32,000 nt of DNA, taken from Candidatus Kuenenia stuttgartensis (GTDB lineage: Bacteria; Planctomycetota; Brocadiia; Brocadiales; Brocadiaceae). Location of the stretch: NCBI RefSeq assembly GCF_900232105.1, contig NZ_LT934425.1:660001-692000 (forward strand), in the 5' to 3' direction. The position numbers were made by a program, and so were the translations under genes. The notes beneath the pieces were generated by a model. The model saw nothing but the letters and a program-made list of their open reading frames with translations, was not told where the DNA came from and ran no database searches. This document shows positions 10,593-19,874 of the stretch, piece by piece (within the stretch, counting starts at the first letter, position 1; each line of letters starts with the position of its first letter).

Positions 10593-11546
10593 TTACAACA
10601 CCACCTCCTTTTCTTTCGTAGTAATCTGATGGAATATTTCTTCAAGTGTTATTGCATCTTGCCTCATATCCCTGATAATTCCATTATTTTTCACTATGCT
10701 TAAAAATACTTCTTCCCGAATATCGGAATCTCTTTCCGTTTCAATTGAATATTTATTAATTTCACCTTTGTCACGCCAAGTGATCTTTTTTACGCCTTTT
10801 ATAACTGATAAAGCATCCTTGACCTTTTCACCATTTCCACGCACTTCGAGTTCAATGAGGTTTCCGCCTTTGAGTTGGTCACCTAAATTTGACGGCGTAT
10901 CCATAGCAACGATCTTTCCCTTATTTATAATAATCACACGTCCGCAAATCATCTCTACTTCCGGAAGTATATGGGTAGATAGCAGGATGGTATGTTTTTC
11001 ACCCAATTCCCTGATAAGCTGCCTGACCTGCCTTATTTGATTTGGATCAAGCCCGATTGTCGGTTCGTCAAGAATAAGGATTTTAGGGTCATGTACCAGG
11101 GTATCTGCCAATCCTACCCTTTGCCGGTACCCCTTTGAAAGAGTGCCGATAATTTGTTTTTTTACATCCTGAATTCTACATTTTTCTATACATTCCGCAA
11201 TTTTTGTTTTACGTTCACGATATGGCACTTTTTTTAATTTCGCACGAAACGTAAGGTATTCGTTAACCCGCATTTCCGGGTACAGGGGTACATTTTCCGG
11301 CAAATACCCGATTAATTTACGCACGTTTATTGAATCCCGAAAAACATCGTATCCATCTACTACCGCAGTGCCTGAAGTCGCCGGCATATAACAGGTCAGG
11401 ATACGCATTGTAGTCGTTTTGCCTGCGCCATTTGGACCCAAAAGCCCTAATATTTCACCCTGATTCACCTCAAAAGAAATGTCATTAACCGCATAAACAT
11501 CTGCATACCGCTTCGCCAAATGTTCAACCTTTATCATTATTCTCAC
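10593..11546 (-). CDS. ABC transporter ATP-binding protein (GldA/NatA-like)
   Basis: GLLGPNGAGKTTTMRIL (Walker A), LSKGYRQRVGLADTLVHDPKILILDEPTIGLDP (signature and Walker B). Start could be 11537. Confidence 0.93.
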   Translation of the reverse strand: MRIMIKVEHLAKRYADVYAVNDISFEVNQGEILGLLGPNGAGKTTTMRILTCYMPATSGTAVVDGYDVFRDSINVRKLIGYLPENVPLYPEMRVNEYLTFRAKLKKVPYRERKTKIAECIEKCRIQDVKKQIIGTLSKGYRQRVGLADTLVHDPKILILDEPTIGLDPNQIRQVRQLIRELGEKHTILLSTHILPEVEMICGRVIIINKGKIVAMDTPSNLGDQLKGGNLIELEVRGNGEKVKDALSVIKGVKKITWRDKGEINKYSIETERDSDIREEVFLSIVKNNGIIRDMRQDAITLEEIFHQITTKEKEVVL

Positions 11547-11760
11547 CCCCTCATATTTATATCAAACAGCAGAAAACGTCCCGAAAAGTTACATACATTC
11601 ATGGCCAGTAATGTTTCGTTTAAATGTCTACATCATCATTATCATTGCCGCAACAACAAAGCAAGTTTCGCAATAGTAGATTTTGTTGTTTACAAATAGT
11701 TACCAACTGCTCATACAGTGGTTTTAATTAGGACAACCCGGCCATTGCTACATTGCCTGA

Positions 11761-11958
11761 TTGGATTACAAAAAAAGGTTTTTGGCAATTTTGCCGTATA
11801 TTTTGGGTCAGCCTGGATGCGAGGCCGTGGATATGTTAAATCATTTTAGGTGGGCAGCACATTGCATTAAATCAAAAAAACTTTCGTTATCTGCTCTAAA
11901 ACCATTTCAGATAAACACAACTCACCAATTTAAAAAAATTTTTACACTGTTGGGTTAA
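11761..11958 (+). CDS. Small hypothetical protein
   Basis: 65-aa ORF in an otherwise empty intergenic region, not antisense to a gene. Only weak support for coding. Confidence 0.2.
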   Translation: MDYKKRFLAILPYILGQPGCEAVDMLNHFRWAAHCIKSKKLSLSALKPFQINTTHQFKKIFTLLG

Positions 11959-11988
11959 TTACCCTATAAGACAAAAAACATCATTCCC

Positions 11989-12189
11989 CTATTTTTTCTC
12001 TTCGTCATTTAACATTATTTTATTTTGCATTAATTCCGCAAAAGCAATTTCAACCGGGTCATCGATTTCCGTTTCAATATAGGGCTCCGCCTTTTTTGTT
12101 AGCTGCCTTGCCCTGCTAATAATTAGAGTTGTCAACCGTAACGGACCGCCTACTTGATTTATTAACGTGTCCAGACTTTTGTAATTCAT
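11989..12189 (-). CDS. rpoZ: Possible DNA-directed RNA polymerase omega subunit
   Basis: 66 aa: LINQVGGPLRLTTLIISRARQLTKKAEP...DDPVEIAFAEL resembles the RpoZ arrangement (N-terminal '..v..RF.L..l...RAR.L', later '..ai.E...gki'). Confidence 0.5.
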   Translation of the reverse strand: MNYKSLDTLINQVGGPLRLTTLIISRARQLTKKAEPYIETEIDDPVEIAFAELMQNKIMLNDEEKK

Positions 12190-12415
12190 AAAAACATCCT
12201 TAAAAAAGAATATGTTCCAGGATTTTCATAAAAATAAAAATTTTGAGAACTGTATGTATTTAAATAAGATACGGCGAGGGAGTAAATGTTATACTCAAAG
12301 TCTTTTTTGTCAAGAAAAAATAAGGCTTTTAAAAATATCTTGAGAAATAATGAACAACATAGTATATTTTGTCTCATTTATACCTTCTTCCTGATAATTA
12401 GCTGAGGGGACGACT

Positions 12416-13345
12416 ATGACAAAGATATACGATGACATCACTGCTACAATTGGCAACACGCCATTAGTCAGATTGAATAAAATATCAAAAGGGCTGGACT
12501 GCATTATCACTGCTAAGATGGAGTCTTTCAACCCCATGGCGAGTGTAAAAGACCGCATTGGAATCGCCATGATTGAGGCCGGCGAAAAGGCAGGATTGAT
12601 AAAAAAAGACACAGTTCTGATAGAACCTACCTCTGGCAATACAGGAATTGCCTTGGCTTTTGTAGCTGCCGCCAGAGATTATAAATTAATTTTAACAATG
12701 CCAGATACGATGAGCCTGGAACGCCGGGAGCTTTTGAAGGCTTTTGGGGCCGAAATTGTATTAACACCAGGATCGGAAGGTATGAAGGGGGCGATTAATA
12801 AAGCAGAAGAAATGCTTCAAAATATTCCCAATTCATTCATGCCGCAACAATTTAAAAATGATGCAAATCCGGAAATACACCGCAAAACGACTGCAGAAGA
12901 AATTTGGAATGATACCGATGGACAAATCGATATTTTTGTAGGTGGTGTTGGCACAGGGGGCACCATTACCGGGGTTGGCGAGGTCATTAAAAAAAGAAAA
13001 CCTTCATTAAAAGTAATCGCCGTGGAACCCTCAGGTTCTGCTGTACTTTCCGGTGGAAAACCGGGACCTCACAAAATACAGGGACTTGGTGCAGGCTTTG
13101 TACCTGAAATTCTTAATACAAAAATAATCGATGAAATTGTTAAGGTGGAAAACGAACAGGCGTTTGCCTTATCGCGCCAACTTGCACGTGATGAAGGAAT
13201 TTTAGTGGGTATTTCTTCAGGCGCCGCAGCGTATGCCGCACTGCAGGTCGCAGCAAGGCCTGAAAACAAAGGAAAGCTATTGGTGGTAGTATTCCCTGAC
13301 ACCGGCGAAAGATATCTATCCACCGTATTGTTTAAGGAACTTTAA
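12416..13345 (+). CDS. cysK: Cysteine synthase A (O-acetylserine sulfhydrylase)
   Basis: [26 protein letters not shown] (PLP Lys), [44 protein letters not shown]. Confidence 0.96.
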   Translation: MTKIYDDITATIGNTPLVRLNKISKGLDCIITAKMESFNPMASVKDRIGIAMIEAGEKAGLIKKDTVLIEPTSGNTGIALAFVAAARDYKLILTMPDTMSLERRELLKAFGAEIVLTPGSEGMKGAINKAEEMLQNIPNSFMPQQFKNDANPEIHRKTTAEEIWNDTDGQIDIFVGGVGTGGTITGVGEVIKKRKPSLKVIAVEPSGSAVLSGGKPGPHKIQGLGAGFVPEILNTKIIDEIVKVENEQAFALSRQLARDEGILVGISSGAAAYAALQVAARPENKGKLLVVVFPDTGERYLSTVLFKEL

Positions 13346-14082
13346 TGTTTGGCCGATTAAGAGAGGACATTGATGCCGTTTTCCAAAATGACCCCGCTGC
13401 AAAAAGCAAATTTGAAATAGTTTTCTGTTATCCCGGATTACATGCTTTATGGCTATTCAGGATATCTTCATTTTTCTGGAAGAAACAATGGTATTTCACC
13501 GCCCGTTTTCTTTCCCACATTAATCGTTTTTTAACAGGGATAGAAATCCATCCGGCCGCACAAATCGGACGAGGAGTTTTTATAGACCACGGCATGGGAG
13601 TCGTTATCGGAGAAACGGCAACGGTCGGCGATGGTTGTCTTATTTACAAGGGAGTAGTGCTTGGAGGGACATCTTTTGAAAAGACAAAGAGACATCCAAC
13701 GTTAGGAAAAAAGGTCATTGTAGGCTCAAATGCTTGTGTTTTAGGCAATATTTCCATAGGAGATAATGTACGCATAGGTTCCGGTTCGGTAGTAGTAAAA
13801 GACGTCCCCGCTAATGCTACGGTGGTAGGTGTACCCGGAAGAATTATCGAAAGAAGCAAAAACAAGGATCACGAGGTAATGTTAGACCATGGACAACTGC
13901 CCGATCCGATTGCAGAGGCCTTTAGAGCGCTAATTAAAGAAAACAATAAACTTCTAACGCGTATCAAAAAATTGGAGGAAAGTTTAAATATTGTAAGCAA
14001 TGACAATAGCCGGGAATCTAACACAGAATCAATAATCATGACAACATTTATGAAAAATTACCATAATGGCGAGGGGATCTAA
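13345..14082 (+). CDS. cysE: Serine O-acetyltransferase
   Basis: Hexapeptide-repeat C-terminus GIEIHPAAQIGRGVFIDHGMGVVIGETATVGDG...GNISIGDNVRIGSGSVVVKDVP. Start overlaps the cysK stop by one base (TAATG). Confidence 0.95.
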   Translation: MFGRLREDIDAVFQNDPAAKSKFEIVFCYPGLHALWLFRISSFFWKKQWYFTARFLSHINRFLTGIEIHPAAQIGRGVFIDHGMGVVIGETATVGDGCLIYKGVVLGGTSFEKTKRHPTLGKKVIVGSNACVLGNISIGDNVRIGSGSVVVKDVPANATVVGVPGRIIERSKNKDHEVMLDHGQLPDPIAEAFRALIKENNKLLTRIKKLEESLNIVSNDNSRESNTESIIMTTFMKNYHNGEGI

Positions 14083-14161
14083 TATACACTTGTATTATTC
14101 TTTATGCAACCACTGCCGGAATATAGAACAGCATATCTCTTTTGAACCTTTCACCAGAGTA

Positions 14162-14228
14162 GGGGCGAAGCATTTGCCCCCTTGGGCATGAACGCATTTA
14201 TAACAATTTATAGCAAATGCTCCGCCCC
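14162..14228. repeat. 67-bp palindromic dispersed repeat, copy 1
   Basis: GGGGCGAAGCATTTGC ... GCAAATGCTCCGCCCC with an internal GGGCATGAACGCATTTATAACAATTTATA that matches copy 2 at 23214. Confidence 0.85.
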
Positions 14229-14358
14229 TGCATTATGCAGCAAACACCGCTATTCTCTATTGTAGATGACATCAAAATATGTCTTATAATTTCGTTATTA
14301 CCGTTGTTAAGGGAAGCCGTCAGGATCCCGTTTTTTTTAAAAGGAGGAATTAACTATC

Positions 14359-15141
14359 ATGGGCTGGGGAATGAAGAATCGTTTGTCTCAACTGATTAAA
14401 CCAAATGGGCGCTGTATGTACTTGCCAATCGACCATGGTTATTTTCAGGGACCCACAACAAAGTTAGAGAAGCCAGGAGAAACCATTAAACCAATTCTAG
14501 AATATAGCGACGCCCTTTTCTGTACCAGAGGTGTATTGCGTGCCTGTATAGACCCTCAGCAAAGCAAGCCCATTATTTTAAGGATCTCTGGTGGCACCAG
14601 CATGGTGGGCAAAGATCTTGCCAACGAGGAAATCACCACATCAATGGAAGAGGCTCTCCGCCTTAATGTTTCAGGCGTCGGTCTTTCTGTATTTATTGGC
14701 AGCGATTATGAGAAGCAAACGTTATTAAATTTGGCAAAAGTTGTTAATGAAGCGGAAAGATACGGCATGCCGGTAATGGCAGTGACTGCGGTTGGAAAAG
14801 AGCTGGAAAAACGGGATGCGCGTTATCTTGCGCTGTGTTGCCGCATATGCGCCGAATTGGGTGCAAAGGTTGTAAAAACTTACTGGTGCGAAAATTTTGA
14901 TAAAGTCACGAGTGGTTGTCCCGTCCCGGTCGTCATGGCAGGAGGCCCAAAGGTAGGTTCTGACCGTGAGGTTTTTGAATTCGTTCATGATGGTATGCAA
15001 AAAGGCTCAATAGGTATAAATCTGGGCAGAAACATCTGGCAAAATGAACGCCCTGTTCCCATGATCAAGGCTTTACGGGCCATCGTTCATGAAAATGCCA
15101 GCGTGGATGAAGCTGACGCAATATTTAACAAAACCAAATAA
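14359..15141 (+). CDS. DeoC/LacD-fold class I aldolase, LsrF-like (3-hydroxy-5-phosphonooxypentane-2,4-dione thiolase family)
   Basis: YLPIDHGYFQGP, VSGVGLSVFIGSDYE, GAKVVKTYW, PVPVVMAGGPK, GINLGRNIWQNERPVPMIKALRAIVHENASVDEA. Confidence 0.82.
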   Translation: MGWGMKNRLSQLIKPNGRCMYLPIDHGYFQGPTTKLEKPGETIKPILEYSDALFCTRGVLRACIDPQQSKPIILRISGGTSMVGKDLANEEITTSMEEALRLNVSGVGLSVFIGSDYEKQTLLNLAKVVNEAERYGMPVMAVTAVGKELEKRDARYLALCCRICAELGAKVVKTYWCENFDKVTSGCPVPVVMAGGPKVGSDREVFEFVHDGMQKGSIGINLGRNIWQNERPVPMIKALRAIVHENASVDEADAIFNKTK

Positions 15142-15178
15142 TAATAAGACATTTTAGGAGTCTGGTATTTTTTATTAT

Positions 15179-15208
15179 CCAGTCGGCAATCGGCAGATTG
15201 CCGACTGG
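15179..15208. repeat. Perfect 13-bp inverted repeat with 4-nt loop (possible hairpin or terminator)
   Basis: CCAGTCGGCAATC-ggca-GATTGCCGACTGG between two genes. Confidence 0.8.
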
Positions 15209-15290
15209 ATACTGCGCACGGTAGCGCGCAAACCCACCATTTCACAATGTACATCCTGCGTTATAACGACCATAAGAAAAGGGGCATTAT

Positions 15291-16310
15291 ATGCGAGTAG
15301 CAATGTATTACAACAACAATGACGTCAGAATAGAAGAAATGCCAACTCCACAAATAGGGCCGGGCGAGTTATTGGTAAAAATATTCGCAAGCGGTATATG
15401 TGGCAGCGATGTAATGGAATGGTACCGCATTAAAAAGGCGCCTTTGGTTTTGGGTCACGAAATTGCAGGAGAAATAGTCGCCATTGGCGATGCCGTTAAA
15501 CAATTTAAAGTTGGCGACAGAGTTACCGTTGCACACCATGTTCCATGCAACACCTGCCATTATTGCCTGAATGGACATCATTCCGTGTGCGATACTTTAC
15601 GCACTACCAATTTTTATCCCGGTGGTTTTGCAGAATTTCTGCGTGTTCCACAAATCAATGTTGATCGCGGAACTTTTATTCTTCCCCAGGAGATGTCTTA
15701 TGATGAGGGAACCTTTGTAGAACCTTTGGCATGTTCAATTCGCGGACAACGACTGTCCAATTTTAAACCCGGACAAAGTCTGCTCGTTATCGGCAGCGGC
15801 ATATCGGGATTATTACATATTCAATTGGCGAGAGCGCTTGGCGCAGGCAAAATATTTGCAACGGACATAAACGAATATCGCCTGAAATTTGCAAAAAAAA
15901 TAGGGGCAGATATCGCAATTAACGCAAAAGAAGATGTGCCTTCCATTATCCGCAAAGATAATAATGGAAGATTGGCAGATTTGGCGATTGTGTGTACAGG
16001 AGCAATATCCGCAACAGAACAGGCCTTTCATTCCATAGAAAGGGGAGGGACTATCCTCTTTTTTGCACCAACGGAACCCGGGGTAAAAATCCCTATTGAC
16101 CTATGGAATCTTTGGCGTAATTGTAATTCTATTGTTATGTCCTATGCTGGCCCTCCTGCTGATATGGCGGTTGCAATTGAATTAATACGGACAGGTAGAA
16201 TTGCCGTAAATGATCTGATAACTCATAAACTACCGCTAAATGACGCTGCAAAGGGATTTAAACTGGTAGCCGACGCAAAGGAATCCGTGAAAGTAATTAT
16301 AGCGCCCTAA
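15291..16310 (+). CDS. Zinc-dependent medium-chain alcohol/polyol dehydrogenase
   Basis: SGICGSDVMEWYR, PLVLGHEIAGEIVAIG (GHE motif), HHVPCNTCHYCLNGHHSVC (structural Zn cysteines), VIGSGISGLLHIQLARALGAGKIFATDI. Confidence 0.93.
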   Translation: MRVAMYYNNNDVRIEEMPTPQIGPGELLVKIFASGICGSDVMEWYRIKKAPLVLGHEIAGEIVAIGDAVKQFKVGDRVTVAHHVPCNTCHYCLNGHHSVCDTLRTTNFYPGGFAEFLRVPQINVDRGTFILPQEMSYDEGTFVEPLACSIRGQRLSNFKPGQSLLVIGSGISGLLHIQLARALGAGKIFATDINEYRLKFAKKIGADIAINAKEDVPSIIRKDNNGRLADLAIVCTGAISATEQAFHSIERGGTILFFAPTEPGVKIPIDLWNLWRNCNSIVMSYAGPPADMAVAIELIRTGRIAVNDLITHKLPLNDAAKGFKLVADAKESVKVIIAP

Positions 16311-16460
16311 AAGTAAACCAGTTTAAAATCGATAATCACCAGTAGGCAGTCGTACAAGATTACAGACTGGAGATTGAGTATTGAGTACCTCTGATCGCAC
16401 CATTAAAAATTTTGGAAAAACGTGCGAAGAAATAACTTTTACGGTACTAAGAAGGGATAA

Positions 16461-17549
16461 TTAATCAATAACCAGACTAATGCGCTTGTGCATTTGAGCA
16501 GTTTGCGAGAGACCGGAAACGTTTTCTTTTATATCCTGTTGATCAGGCTGTATGGATAATGACTTTTCCCACATTTTCCGCGCCTTTGCAGGATTATTCG
16601 TCACTTTGTAACAATTCCCCAGTAAATTATACAGCGGCACAGCTTCATCCCCGACTTTGTTCTCCGACCAAAGAGAATCAACAAAATCTGTCGCTTCCTT
16701 TGTTCTCACATACTCTTCTAAAATGTGAACCGCATCATCATATTTCTGTTGTTTATAATAAAGTCTTCCAAGGTTATAATATGCGTCTAAATATGCTGTA
16801 TCCAACCGGATTGCCATTACAAAAAATGATTCGGCCTGTTTATCAAAATCCGTTTTTAAGCAACACTCGCCAAGCAGATTATAGGCCTCTGCGTTATTCG
16901 TGTCTTCCAGCACCGCTTCCCTGAGATGGTGCATTGCCCGAGGATAATCTTCTTCTCCCTTGTATACAATGCCAAGCAAGTAATGCACCTCGTAATTGGC
17001 AATCTCTTTTTTCATAAAATAGAGCAAAATCCCCTTCGCTTTTGAAATTTCATTGCTTTTTATCAGCAGTTTTGAGATATTCACCGCGGCAGAAGTACTA
17101 TCCGGCTGCAATCTCAATGATTCGGCAAAAAACGCTTTAGCGTCCTCTTCATTACCGTTTTTAGCGCAACATATTCCCATAAGATTATACGTATCCGCAT
17201 CTTCCGGATTCGCCACTACAACCTCCTTAAAATGCGAAAGAGCCATACTGTATTCTTCCCGGTCCATATACAGAAAAGCAAGGTTATAATGAACGTCTAT
17301 TAAATCAAAATCAATGTGTAATGCTTGCCTGAAATTTTCAATTGCTTCGGAATAGTTATGGTTTCTTGTGTAATAAATACCGAGAAGATTAAAACCCTCT
17401 GCGTAATTGGGGTCTGCATCCACTGCTGCTTTTAGATATTTAAACGCCATACCCCAATCATCTTTTTCTATCAGGTCCTTCGCGCGCGAAACATTTATTT
17501 CAAAATCTGTATTGCCATTTAGAGCGCTGCTTTCTTCAACAATAAACAT
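16461..17549 (-). CDS. Tetratricopeptide repeat protein
   Basis: Multiple 34-residue TPR units such as 'YAEGFNLLGIYYTRNHNYSEAIENFRQALHIDFDLIDVHYNLAFLYMDREEYSMALSHFKEVV'. Confidence 0.9.
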   Translation of the reverse strand: MFIVEESSALNGNTDFEINVSRAKDLIEKDDWGMAFKYLKAAVDADPNYAEGFNLLGIYYTRNHNYSEAIENFRQALHIDFDLIDVHYNLAFLYMDREEYSMALSHFKEVVVANPEDADTYNLMGICCAKNGNEEDAKAFFAESLRLQPDSTSAAVNISKLLIKSNEISKAKGILLYFMKKEIANYEVHYLLGIVYKGEEDYPRAMHHLREAVLEDTNNAEAYNLLGECCLKTDFDKQAESFFVMAIRLDTAYLDAYYNLGRLYYKQQKYDDAVHILEEYVRTKEATDFVDSLWSENKVGDEAVPLYNLLGNCYKVTNNPAKARKMWEKSLSIQPDQQDIKENVSGLSQTAQMHKRISLVID

Positions 17550-17627
17550 GGTTAGTTTCCTTTAAATTAAGAGATATTCCTGTAAAATACGCAAAATAAT
17601 TACCTCAAACTGTACCACAGTGCACAA

Positions 17628-17921
17628 TTAATCTGCGTCTTCAACTGCCTCCCTTTTTGCTATAAATTTTTCTTGAAAACGAAAATCCTCTCCAATATGC
17701 CTCCATTTTTGCGCAACTTTTACCAACTCATTTTTGGATACTTTTGAAGACTCTCTATTCTGGGATTGGATTTTTTCATAAACTTCTTCCCTGTGAATCT
17801 CAATGTCCTTTGGAGCGATAATTCCCAATTTCACCTGTCTTCCCTGAAATTCTAAAACGGTAATTTTTATCTCATCACCTATGGTTATGCTTTCTCCCAA
17901 CTTCCTTGTTAGTATAAGCAT
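17628..17921 (-). CDS. csrA: Carbon storage regulator CsrA with C-terminal extension (97 aa)
   Basis: [51 protein letters not shown]. True start at 17921, not track start 18026. Confidence 0.93.
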   Translation of the reverse strand: MLILTRKLGESITIGDEIKITVLEFQGRQVKLGIIAPKDIEIHREEVYEKIQSQNRESSKVSKNELVKVAQKWRHIGEDFRFQEKFIAKREAVEDAD

Positions 17922-18160
17922 CGCTTCTCCTCTATTGAAAGTGTATAAAAATAACGTACCGTGCAGTAAACGTATATCTCTTTCCCCAAGACCTTTTTGA
18001 AGAACAAAGAAAGAAACTGGCTGCAAATAATAGAATACTATTCGTATTAAACTGCCTGTAAGCGTCCGGGCAGAGGCGCATCATAGTAAAGCAATGCGTC
18101 TGCATCTCATAATAACATTTATTATGGTTGTGCACCCGAACAACGCAGGGGTATATTCAA

Positions 18161-18610
18161 TTAAGCATTTTTTTGCACAAGCGGATAATGTAATGCGTAA
18201 TAATCATCTGTTAATACGAATTGCTTCCCCTTGTTGTTTATCATATTTACAAGTATAGGCCCTTTCAGGTTTATGGTTACATTGGAAGCATCATCTCCAA
18301 TGTTTACTATACAAAATATTTCAACCTTTTCCTTGTTGCCCATCTCCAACGCTGAAACATCATCAATCTTTTTCAATGGGTCATAGTCGGTGAAAAGAGG
18401 AACCGGGTTTATGACGGGTAACGCAACAAGGGGGTTATCAACCGAAACCAACCATTCAAAAGGCCGGCAGTCAGGAAAATTAACAAGAATGAACTGTTTA
18501 AGCTCTTCGTACCCTACAATGCCGTCTTCAAACCTGATAATATCTTCTTTGTTATAACCTAACTCACCCAACTTTTCCGTTTTTAATGTCTCCATTTTCT
18601 TCTGCTCCAT
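18161..18610 (-). CDS. fliW: Flagellar assembly factor FliW
   Basis: FEDGIVGYEELKQFILVN, PFEWLVSVDNPLVALPVINP, ANLKGPILVN-like TINLKGPILVNMINNKGKQFVL; adjacent to csrA. Confidence 0.93.
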   Translation of the reverse strand: MEQKKMETLKTEKLGELGYNKEDIIRFEDGIVGYEELKQFILVNFPDCRPFEWLVSVDNPLVALPVINPVPLFTDYDPLKKIDDVSALEMGNKEKVEIFCIVNIGDDASNVTINLKGPILVNMINNKGKQFVLTDDYYALHYPLVQKNA

Positions 18611-18873
18611 TTTTGTTTTTACCTCCTATAAAAAATAAGGTTAAAGAGATTTATATGCTACGTGGCGGTTAATTAAGCAAACACAATACCATTTGTAAAC
18701 AAGTAAAATCAATAACCACACAAAGCCGCTTATGTAATTGTGAGAATAGGAGTTATAAAACTTTAAAATAACGATAGGCTCTGTAGCAACAAGGGATGAG
18801 ATTTTTTACTTTGGAGAGAGTACGGGCAATAACGTTGAAATTATTTACCCATGATGTTGATAATTTAGACAAT

Positions 18874-19806
18874 CTATCCGCCAATAAAATCTAGCAATGA
18901 CGGCTGAATAATCCTGGCGCCGGTCTGCAGTGCTGCTTGCAGCACATTTTCCTGATTTTTTAATTCTGTGATTAAGGATGCTAAATCAGCATCTTCGGTA
19001 TAAGAGATTAATTCTTTCAGCGCTATTTTCGAGTTTTCGACTCTATTTTCCGTTATTGCCAATCTATCGACTTTTGCGCCAAACTTTGTAATCTCTGTCA
19101 GTACGTTATTATTTGCCGTTTCAAAATTTTTCTTCTGTGATAAAAAAGCGTCTGTATCAAAATCGCTTTTTTTCAATTCGTCGCGTAAATTTATAAGATT
19201 TGCAAATATGCCGTTTTCCATAAACAGCTTTCCGCCAGGCTGGTTCACTTGTATAAATGTATTGCTCCCTATCTGATATTGTATTGTTTCATTATTGCCA
19301 TCATACTTTACGCCTGTTATCTCACCGCCTGAATCTCTTGTCGCTCTGAAGGGGGCAGTTAAGGTTTTTGTTCCCGAGAAAAGATACCGTCCGTTGCTAT
19401 CCGTTATGTTTGAGAATTGAATAATTGTCTCCATTAACTCATCAATCTCGCTTGCAATAATTCCCCTTTCACTATCCCCAAGCGTACCATCCGCCGCCTG
19501 CACCGTTTTGGTCTGAATCTTCACCATAATGTCCTGTATGTTTTCCAATGCATCGAAGATGAAGTTTATTTTATCTCTCGCATGTTTAATAGCGTCTAAA
19601 TATTGCTGTAATTCATTTTCCCCGGATTTAAATCCAAGTAATTTTCTCGTGCTTACAGGATCATCTGATGCGCGGTTTATCTGCTTACCGCTGGAAAGCT
19701 TTTCCTGTATCTCCTGCATTTTCTTGTAATTTAGCTGGATGTTAGAAAGCGTCGTATTACTTAAACTCGCCTGCGTAACTCTAAAAGACATGGCGTCATC
19801 CTCCAC
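18874..19806 (-). CDS. flgL: Flagellar hook-associated protein 3
   Basis: FRVTQASLSNTTLSNIQLNYKKMQEIQEKLSSGKQINRASDDPVSTRKLLGF; C-terminal helical region. Confidence 0.93.
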   Translation of the reverse strand: MEDDAMSFRVTQASLSNTTLSNIQLNYKKMQEIQEKLSSGKQINRASDDPVSTRKLLGFKSGENELQQYLDAIKHARDKINFIFDALENIQDIMVKIQTKTVQAADGTLGDSERGIIASEIDELMETIIQFSNITDSNGRYLFSGTKTLTAPFRATRDSGGEITGVKYDGNNETIQYQIGSNTFIQVNQPGGKLFMENGIFANLINLRDELKKSDFDTDAFLSQKKNFETANNNVLTEITKFGAKVDRLAITENRVENSKIALKELISYTEDADLASLITELKNQENVLQAALQTGARIIQPSLLDFIGG

Positions 19807-19874
19807 AACTCATTAAAATTATTCTACCGGTGTCCCGCATTTCACTTTAGTACGAAAGACCACTCAACCCGCCG

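Noticed and set aside
17922-18026. Track start of csrA 35 codons upstream
   Set aside because: CsrA proteins begin at MLILTRK; the extension has no family resemblance.
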